A stretch of DNA of 24,311 nt from positions 1 to 24,311 of the forward strand of contig CAZUFC010000121.1 in assembly GCA_964619725.1 (NCBI GenBank), written 5' to 3'. Both the position numbers and the translations under genes were made by a program. The notes beneath the pieces were generated by a model. It had not been told where the DNA came from. It saw only the letters and a program-made list of their open reading frames with translations, and made no database searches. Below, piece after piece: positions 17,559 to 24,311 of this stretch. Position 1 is the first letter of the stretch. Each line of letters opens with the position of its first letter. This stretch comes from an uncultured bacterium. GTDB lineage: Bacteria; CSSED10-310; CAZUFC01.

Positions 17559-19706
17559 ATGAATAATATTTCCCGTGTTATGTTTTGGTTTCTGCTTGGG
17601 TGTTTTGTTTTAATGAGCCTGGAAATCAGGGCTTATGCCGGCATTGAGACGGCCGAACTGGAGGAAATGATTCGCAGGGCGGCTGATATGTCGGCGGAGA
17701 AACCGAAAAATATTGAGGAGATGGCTGCCGAGTTGGCCGGTAAGGACGAAGCCTTGGATTTTGTGAAAGAACGTATCAGGCCGCTGCATTATGAGGGGCT
17801 GCTTCAGGGGGCGTTGGGGACGCTGGTTTCATCTGCAGGCAACGAATTAGACCGGTATGAGCTGCTGTTTGCGCTGCTGGAAAGCCAGGGGCATTCCGTG
17901 CGTTATGCGAGACAGCGTATTGAAGGTAAGGATCATTACTGGATACAGGTATTGGAAGATGATGTTTGGAAAGATATGTTTCTGTCTGAGGGCAGGGCGC
18001 CGGTCGCGGGAGTCAGGATTAATACGTCTGACAGTCTTCCGGACAAATTGAAGCATTCAGTGCGTTTAAGGGTATGGATAAAGGTTAAGACGGGACCGTC
18101 GTGGAGGAAATTCAATCCATTGGATGTGACAGTGTCCGTTCCGGATATTTATGGAAAGCAAATAACGTTGTTCAACAGGTTTCGGGGAAGCGAGGAGGAG
18201 GAAAAGTATATAATTGAAGCTTTGCAACCGGTTTTGACTGTCGGAGAACAGGAAATTCCGGGTAAGCCCTTTCCGGAAGCTGAAAGCGATGAACCGGTTC
18301 AACCCGCAAACAGAATGACGGGCGTGTTTGACATGTTGAACAGCGGCCAGGCGGATGAAGATCAATCGGGGGAAAAAGTGGAGGTATCATCTGAATGGGT
18401 CGATGTATCCGTACATTCTCCCGGCGCTGATGTCATGAGAGAAAAAATTGTTATTTTTGATCTGCAGGCTTCAGGTGGAGAGGTTCCGGATTCTTTAAAC
18501 GGGCTTTTAACCACGGCGGCGTTCGGTTTTTCGCCGGCCAGGTTACCGAAAACAGCGGTTCAGCAATTGCTCTTGAGCGAAAATGAAGCGTTGAGTGAAT
18601 TCATCTCAACATTGAAAAGAGTATCGGGTTTCGGTAATGCAATGCCGGAAGAGCAGGAACTGGAGCGCATGAACGAGAATATGGAAAAAGCGCAGCGGAT
18701 ACTCACCAGATTGGTTCTGGAGACATTCGTAGCTGAATCGGACGATACGCTGGAAAAGGCGGAAGCGGAGCATGCCGATCTGGCGGCGTATTTCAAAAAG
18801 CCCCGTATCATCATATCAACCGCCGGTTTCAGAAAGGATAGGCTCCGGTATCGCCTCGATCTGCGGTACGACCGTGTGAGTTTTACTGCTTCCGACGGAA
18901 AGCCGCATGAGCTCTCCGAAGACATGCAGTTCAATCGAGGGCTTTATGAATCCAGGCTGGAGGGGGAAGTATTGAGGTCATTCACGGGCAAAGCGGGAAT
19001 TACTGCGGGGGAAGTGATCGATAGGGCGCTCGCCCGGGAAATACCGGTCTGGTTCGTGATCCAGGAGACGAGAAGCGATTTAAAGGCTTGTTCATTGGAT
19101 CGGGATTCGAGGAACAGCATTAACAGGTCGTTGCGGGAGGGAAGGGCTGTCATTGTACCGGAGAGACCAGTAGAGATAGACGGCCGGAATATAATGGCGT
19201 GGTATGAATACGATCCGGAAACGGGATTAATTGCCGGAGTCTTTCCAGACGGCTCGCATGGGGCTATGACCGAGTATATACTTGAGAATGTCGTTGTGAA
19301 CAAGACGGTGGCGCAGGGCATGAGTTATTTCAGTTCCATGGTCGTCGGTTATTACTTCAGCATCGCAATGGGCCTGGGTCATTTTTATGCCTGTCTGCTG
19401 GATATAGAGAATCCCGACAGAAAGTGTTTCGGTTCTTCAGACGTTTGTCATCCTGCCTTGAGCGATGCCATGTTCTTCTGCAACGCATGGAAATGGCTGC
19501 AGAAAAAAAAGGGAGAAATACAGGGCGATATAGGCGATATTCAAACTATAGCGCAAGGAAAGTGGATGGACCTCCTCAAGGGCAAAGCCGCAGGCTTGAT
19601 TCCCTGGCCGAACTTGTGGGAAAAACTGGCCGGCGAACCCTGCGAGCGGGGAGCTAAATACGGGCTGAGGTGGTTCGGCTGCAGGGGTGTTCTCGAAAGC
19701 GAGTGA
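17559..19706 (+). CDS. Exported transglutaminase-like domain protein, apparently lacking the catalytic Cys
   Basis: AAGGAG before ATG 17559; signal peptide ending RAYA; YEGLLQGALGTL...AGNELD...LLFALLESQG..VRY...HYWIQV...WKD follows the transglutaminase-like core pattern; Cys-rich C-terminus. Confidence 0.7.
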   Translation: MNNISRVMFWFLLGCFVLMSLEIRAYAGIETAELEEMIRRAADMSAEKPKNIEEMAAELAGKDEALDFVKERIRPLHYEGLLQGALGTLVSSAGNELDRYELLFALLESQGHSVRYARQRIEGKDHYWIQVLEDDVWKDMFLSEGRAPVAGVRINTSDSLPDKLKHSVRLRVWIKVKTGPSWRKFNPLDVTVSVPDIYGKQITLFNRFRGSEEEEKYIIEALQPVLTVGEQEIPGKPFPEAESDEPVQPANRMTGVFDMLNSGQADEDQSGEKVEVSSEWVDVSVHSPGADVMREKIVIFDLQASGGEVPDSLNGLLTTAAFGFSPARLPKTAVQQLLLSENEALSEFISTLKRVSGFGNAMPEEQELERMNENMEKAQRILTRLVLETFVAESDDTLEKAEAEHADLAAYFKKPRIIISTAGFRKDRLRYRLDLRYDRVSFTASDGKPHELSEDMQFNRGLYESRLEGEVLRSFTGKAGITAGEVIDRALAREIPVWFVIQETRSDLKACSLDRDSRNSINRSLREGRAVIVPERPVEIDGRNIMAWYEYDPETGLIAGVFPDGSHGAMTEYILENVVVNKTVAQGMSYFSSMVVGYYFSIAMGLGHFYACLLDIENPDRKCFGSSDVCHPALSDAMFFCNAWKWLQKKKGEIQGDIGDIQTIAQGKWMDLLKGKAAGLIPWPNLWEKLAGEPCERGAKYGLRWFGCRGVLESE

Positions 19707-19710
19707 TATA

Positions 19711-22536
19711 ATGAGGTATGGGATATTAATGCTGATATTGTCGGGTTTTCTATCAGTTTTGAGTTTGCCGGCCGCTACGGCAGAAGACTATTCGGAGATC
19801 GAGCCTAATAACAAGCCGGATCAGGCACGGGAGATAAAATTGCCGTGCTTTGTGCGGGGCGGATTCTCCGAAGTCGATTCTTACGATTACTATGTCTTTG
19901 AAGTCCCTGCAGAAGGAAGAGATTCTTTGTATGTTGAAATGGATTTGACTGAAGGAGTTGATGCCATTTTGACTCTTCTCGACGCTGAGAACGCGGTTTT
20001 GACGGAATCGGATTTTTTCGAGATGGGTGAGACGGAGTATTTAACCAGTTTGCTTCTGTCTCCGGGAACTTATTACCTGCGAGTTTTCAGAAAGCGCCAC
20101 GATTCTGAAGGAGAGCAGGGTTATGAGTTGCGGGTCGGTTCGACGCCTCCTGTAACGAGCGAGGATGTGCGGACTGCCTTGAACCGGGCGCTGGATTTCG
20201 TCGTATCGCAACAGGCGGAAGACGGAGGCTTCAACAGTCGAATAGGCAATGCGGCCATAACTGGCTTGGCGGTTCAGGCTCTGCTGGGGGCAGGCTGTCT
20301 AAAAAGGGATGACTGGAACACGGTCTATCGTGCCGTGGACTATATTAAAACATGCTTTCATTCGCCTGAAGAATTCACAAAACCCGGTCGCAATTCGGAT
20401 ATGAAAAAAGGCGGAATTTTCACGAATAAAGGACTTTACGAACACGCCATATCGCTGACCGCTCTTGTTGAGGCTTATGCAATGGGCATCGAAGAGGATT
20501 TGCCTGAGATCATTAAGCAGGGTATCGACTTTCTCGAGCGTGCCCAGGTCAGCGAGCGTCGGCCGGAAACATTGTTCGGTCCTATGACGAACGACTCGAT
20601 TTATTATGGAGGATGGCGATACGCCGCAGATTCCCGGGATGCCGATTTATCGGTGACGGGTTGGCAGATCATTGCGCTTGTCGCTGCGCAGAGAGCCGGC
20701 TTCGATGTTCATGCTAAAACGCTCGAATGGGCTGAAGACTTTGTGAACAAATGCTACATCGAAGGAAGGGAGCAATTCGCTTACAGGCCCGGCGGACTCT
20801 GGAGCGTCGGTCGTTGTGCAATGGGCGCTTTATCATTGCAATTGTCCGGAAAAGGGGACGTGCCGGCCGTGAAAAAGGCTATAAGAGTGATACTCACCAG
20901 TCCGCCGACCTGGGAGGGCGAACCGTTTCGAGGCCCTTATCCGATTTACTACTGGTATTACGGCAGCCGGGCGGCATATCTTGATGGAGGTAAAACCTGG
21001 GAAGCCTGGAAGCAGGCCGTATGCGGCATGCTGGTCAGGCATCAGAACAAGGACGGAAGCTGGGAACTGAAGGCGAGTGAAAAAAGTCATCTCGACGCAG
21101 TGTATGGAGCATCGCTTGGCGCGTTGATTCTTGAAATATGCTGTGGAAGTCCGCCCATGTATATGCACAGGGGAGAAGCTCCGCCGCGCCCGACCCCGCG
21201 TCCGAGAAATGAAATTTCTGTAGCGATCGAATACCCCATCGCCGGCGAAAAGGTCAAAGGAAATATCGAAATAGTCGCAGCTCCTGTGACTCCCGAAAGG
21301 GTAAAAGTCGAGAAAGTGACTTTCAGCCTGAACGGAGAAGAATTGGGAGTAAAAAATGAGGAACCGTGGACCTGGGAAGCGGACCTGGGGCCAGGCGTTC
21401 AGTCACATACTTTCGTAGTGTCGGCTGAAAACAATTTGGGGAAAACTGCGGAAGCGACTACGGTTACCGGCGCCGGTCAAAATATCGTCAACATAAAAAT
21501 TATTAAGCCGCGCTCCGGCTCTGTGTCCCCGCAGGAAGATATCATCGTTGAAGCGACCGCTCATGAAGATTCGCCGCTCGCAGAAGTCGTCGTCCTGGTT
21601 GACGATGAAGAAATTTACAATGGGGGCGATTCGCCGCCGCCTTTGAATTACCGGTTTTCGCCGGGTGAACATGTCATCATCGCACGCGCAAAAAACTGCC
21701 TGGGAAAAGAGGCTGAAACCAGGACAAAAATCAGCGGAAGTCCGCCGCTGCCTGTGGACCTCACCGTCATGGCGACTGATGAAAATAACCGGCCTGTACT
21801 GGACCTGAAAAAATCGGATTTCACCCTCCTGGAAGACGGCGATCCTCAGGAAATTTTACGTTTCGGACTAGAATTGACGCCCGTGTCCATGGCTGTGGTC
21901 GTGGATACCAGCGGTTCCATGAAACGAGCCATGTCCCAGGTGCAGCAGGCGGCTATAAAGTTCGTATCGCAAACAACTGACGAGGACAGAGTTATGGTGA
22001 TCGCTTTTTCGGATAAGGCTTCTGTAAAACAGCGATTCACCTCCAATCAGAAATCATTGATAAGGGCTATCGAAAATACTGTTGCCAGAGGAGGCACAGC
22101 GCTTTATGACTCGCTCTGGCTGGCGAACCTGAAGCTGAAGCCGGAAAAAGGAAGAAAAGCCATTATTCTTTTAACGGACGGTAAAGACGAAAACTGGAAC
22201 GGCACAGCTCCAGGCAGCACGCATAATTTGCCGGCTACGCTGAAAATGGCGGAAGAGTCCGAAGTAACCATTTACGCACTGGGATTGGGAAAAGGCGTGG
22301 CAAAAGAGGTGCTCAAAGACCTGGCGGAAAAATCGGGCGGACGAGCCTATTTCCCGCCTACGCCGAAAGACCTTGAAGAAGTTTATAAAAATGTCGCCAG
22401 GGATATCAGAAGTCAATACACTATAGGTTACGATTCGACCAATCCGCTTCGCGACGGTTCCTGGAGAGAAGTCAGAATATCCGTGCCGGGAAGAAATATC
22501 CGTATAAATGCGCGTAAAGGTTATTACGCGAAGTGA
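19711..22536 (+). CDS. Exported multidomain protein: PPC domain, prenyltransferase/squalene-cyclase-repeat alpha/alpha barrel, two Ig-like domains, VWA domain
   Basis: Signal peptide ending ATA; EIEPNN...DYYVF...PGTYYLRV; QW-like repeats SQQAEDGGF, GGWRY and HQNKDGSW, plus DLSVTGWQIIAL; VWA with MIDAS residues DTSGS, GGTALYD and LLTDG; C-terminal SQYTIGY...DGSWR...RKGYYA. ATG lies 4 nt after the upstream stop. Confidence 0.88.
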   Translation: MRYGILMLILSGFLSVLSLPAATAEDYSEIEPNNKPDQAREIKLPCFVRGGFSEVDSYDYYVFEVPAEGRDSLYVEMDLTEGVDAILTLLDAENAVLTESDFFEMGETEYLTSLLLSPGTYYLRVFRKRHDSEGEQGYELRVGSTPPVTSEDVRTALNRALDFVVSQQAEDGGFNSRIGNAAITGLAVQALLGAGCLKRDDWNTVYRAVDYIKTCFHSPEEFTKPGRNSDMKKGGIFTNKGLYEHAISLTALVEAYAMGIEEDLPEIIKQGIDFLERAQVSERRPETLFGPMTNDSIYYGGWRYAADSRDADLSVTGWQIIALVAAQRAGFDVHAKTLEWAEDFVNKCYIEGREQFAYRPGGLWSVGRCAMGALSLQLSGKGDVPAVKKAIRVILTSPPTWEGEPFRGPYPIYYWYYGSRAAYLDGGKTWEAWKQAVCGMLVRHQNKDGSWELKASEKSHLDAVYGASLGALILEICCGSPPMYMHRGEAPPRPTPRPRNEISVAIEYPIAGEKVKGNIEIVAAPVTPERVKVEKVTFSLNGEELGVKNEEPWTWEADLGPGVQSHTFVVSAENNLGKTAEATTVTGAGQNIVNIKIIKPRSGSVSPQEDIIVEATAHEDSPLAEVVVLVDDEEIYNGGDSPPPLNYRFSPGEHVIIARAKNCLGKEAETRTKISGSPPLPVDLTVMATDENNRPVLDLKKSDFTLLEDGDPQEILRFGLELTPVSMAVVVDTSGSMKRAMSQVQQAAIKFVSQTTDEDRVMVIAFSDKASVKQRFTSNQKSLIRAIENTVARGGTALYDSLWLANLKLKPEKGRKAIILLTDGKDENWNGTAPGSTHNLPATLKMAEESEVTIYALGLGKGVAKEVLKDLAEKSGGRAYFPPTPKDLEEVYKNVARDIRSQYTIGYDSTNPLRDGSWREVRISVPGRNIRINARKGYYAK

Positions 22537-22710
22537 AAGCTAATATCAGGGCTTTGTTTTCTTTTAGGGCAGAAAAATTTCGGGATTGATAAAGCCGGGG
22601 ATGCAATTTTTCATACAATTTTGGCCTGGTTAAAATCCACATAAGAAACTGCCCCGGACCCAAAACTTCCTGCTTGGCGAACTTGCTGCTGTTTTTTTTC
22701 ATCAAGAGCT

Positions 22711-22852
22711 GTTTGTTTCGGTAGCAGTATCGGCATCGCAATCGGAATAAATAATTACGAGGAAATTTGTTTTGTCTTTATAAGGTTTTCAAAGCTTCTC
22801 AGTTATTCAGGGCTGCGAAAATTGCAGCCTCGAAAGGCGCTTTTTGATCAAT
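22711..22852 (+). repeat. Dispersed intergenic repeat family A, copy 3 (long-core subtype, left end unclear)
   Basis: Shares GTTTGTTTCRGTA, the hexamer tract and ATTGCAGCCTCGAAAGGCGCTTTTTGATCAAT with copies 1/2. Shares AAATAATTACGAGGA...GCTTCT...GCTGCG with copy 4. Confidence 0.75.
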
Positions 22853-22863
22853 ATAAAATATTT

Positions 22864-23065
22864 AGTTTTTGTCCATAAACGACGAATTTCCACCAATGCT
22901 GCGTCAGGCTGCAGATTTGCTCAGTCAACGTATAAGCAATACCCCTGCCTCGCAAATCCTTGCCTTCCTTGCCTTAAGAAAAATTCGCCCGTTTATGGAT
23001 CAAAAACCCAAGTGGCTGTCCAGCATTAAATTTTGAATCGAGATTCGAGTTTGTGGACAGACACT
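22864..23065. mobile_element. Putative MITE-like palindromic elements (family B): a ~143-bp rod plus an adjacent 55-bp hairpin with related ends
   Basis: GTTTTTG-TCCATAAACG-ACGAATTT (22865-22889) is inverted at 22981-23007, with inner GATTTGC/GCAAATC. AGTGGCTGTCCA (23011) pairs with TGGACAGACACT (to 23065). Mobility is inferred, not shown. Confidence 0.55.
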
Positions 23066-23093
23066 ATTTAGAAGCGAATTTTAATGATACCGT

Positions 23094-23939
23094 TCAAATG
23101 TCACTCGCTTTTTTCGTCAATATCTTGTGATAAAAACCAGGCAGAAGAATCGTTAATGTTAAAATTAAAACAGCCAGGGAAACCGGTTGGGCTGAAGGCG
23201 CCTCAGGAGGCGTGTCGACAGGGGTGGGCGAGCCTTCGCAGGGCGTATCGTCGCACTCGTATCCCCCTTGTCCGTCATCGTCCACTTCCAAAACGTAAAC
23301 GCGGGTTTCGTGGTCTTCGTCCTGCCACATCCAGTCGCTCACGTAAGCATCGAACTGAACCGTCGCCTCATCCAGGCAGGCCGCTTCCGGATGCACCCAA
23401 AAATAAAACGTATATTCAAAGCTCATACTCGAAGGATCGCCGGTTTCCACACCCTCGATCAACGTCATGTGCTCGTACTCCGTAGATGCAATAACGCTCC
23501 TGTCGCCGGGTCCCCAGCAGCAGGAATCATAAGAATATCCCTGAACGATAAGACCGACCGTTTCGCCTGCATCGATCAGCCCGTCTCCGTCGGTGCATTC
23601 CCCGCATTCGTCGTCCACGAAGATGTCGTTTATCCATATCGTTGCCAGGCAAGGAGCGCATGTCGGCGTCGATACCGGCGTATATGTCGGTGTCGGTGTC
23701 GGCGTTTCCCTTGATTCAGTATCGTTAAACCTGTAAGCTCGGTCGATTGATGCTTGTTTTACAAATTCAATTTCGCTTTTTGACGACGATAATTCCGTTG
23801 AATAGGATCGTACCGCAGGAGTGCCATGCGGACTGAAAACCAATCCATATTCGACGCCGTCACCGTGAACGTCGTCGATCAAGAAAAGCGGCATTACTAC
23901 AAAAACCCCGAAAAGGGCTGAATATCTCAAACCCTTCAT
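23094..23939 (-). CDS. Secreted acidic, Cys-rich protein with short Pro/Thr linkers and a C-terminal membrane anchor
   Basis: AGGAGG upstream; N-terminal signal peptide; TPTPTPTYTP linker; DGDGLIDAGETV motif (Ca-binding/Ig-like); tail APSAQPVS, hydrophobic helix, then HKILTKK. Confidence 0.78.
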   Translation of the reverse strand: MKGLRYSALFGVFVVMPLFLIDDVHGDGVEYGLVFSPHGTPAVRSYSTELSSSKSEIEFVKQASIDRAYRFNDTESRETPTPTPTYTPVSTPTCAPCLATIWINDIFVDDECGECTDGDGLIDAGETVGLIVQGYSYDSCCWGPGDRSVIASTEYEHMTLIEGVETGDPSSMSFEYTFYFWVHPEAACLDEATVQFDAYVSDWMWQDEDHETRVYVLEVDDDGQGGYECDDTPCEGSPTPVDTPPEAPSAQPVSLAVLILTLTILLPGFYHKILTKKASDI

Positions 23940-23986
23940 TTTATCCCCTCCTTTTATCGATTTATTAAAATTTCTTTGCCTTTATA

Positions 23987-24015
23987 ATTATAGTAACTTC
24001 AGAAAAAAATGTCAT
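23987..24015 (-). promoter_or_regulatory. Putative sigma70 promoter of the 23939 gene
   Basis: Minus strand ATGACA-17 nt-TATAAT, with the -10 lying 47 nt upstream of the ATG. Confidence 0.6.
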
Positions 24016-24119
24016 ACAACCGATGCATCTTAACTTTTTAAACGATCTGAACTCCTGAAATTGCTTCGATAAGAAATTGCGAATGATTTAAGAAAACCCG
24101 GCAATCGATCAAAAAATCC

Positions 24120-24256
24120 GGCGCTGATCAGATATACGTGTTTCGAGGTTACAATTTCCGCAGCATTGATTAATCAAGAAGCATTGAATATATAATCAGG
24201 ACGACACATAGCTCCTCGTAATTATTTTGTTGCGACCCCGATACCGATATTGACCC
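24120..24256 (-). repeat. Dispersed intergenic repeat family A, copy 4 (long-core subtype, inverted relative to copy 3)
   Basis: Reverse complement reads ATCGGTATCGGGGTCGCAACAAAATAATTACGAGGA...TTCAATGCTTCT...GCTGCGGAAATTGTAACCTCGAAA...TCTGATCAGCGCC. Confidence 0.75.
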
Positions 24257-24311
24257 TGTTGCGTTGCATGCCCACGGACAACCTTTGTTGCAAATAGGCC
24301 GGCAAACTTAT

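Noticed and set aside
22844-23714. Plus-strand ORFs 22844-23029, 23084-23485 and 23268-23714
   Set aside because: They overlap the palindromic element or lie antisense to the better-supported minus-strand gene, and show no recognisable motifs.
4276-24256. Intergenic repeats as integron attC sites
   Set aside because: No RYYYAAC/GTTRRRY cores seen, orientations are mixed, no integrase is present, and the flanking genes have their own promoters.

Overview
Bacterial genomic window, probably from a poorly characterised lineage (taxonomy cannot be assigned from sequence alone), rich in cell-envelope and secreted-protein genes. In order: the 3' part of a giant Pro/Thr-rich surface protein with an IPTL-CTERM-like tail; a T7-lysozyme-type amidase; a TraB/GumN protein; an M42 peptidase; a secreted collagen-like protein; a secreted beta-propeller-like protein preceded by a near-consensus sigma54 promoter; a two-gene signalling module (Ser/Thr kinase-ATPase-TPR, then a TPR-GAF-NtrC-type AAA+-Fis HTH regulator whose GAFTGA loop is altered); a GlpG rhomboid; a coupled pair of exported proteins (Cys-less transglutaminase-like, and PPC-alpha/alpha-barrel-Ig-VWA); and a second small C-terminally anchored protein. 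The intergenic DNA is unusually structured. It holds four copies of a ~140-175 bp dispersed repeat with imperfect terminal inverted repeats and a variable hexamer array, arranged as two inverted pairs. It also holds a separate rod-like MITE-like element and several long palindromes. I saw no transposase, tRNA, rRNA or CRISPR array. All calls come from manual motif reading; no database search was run.
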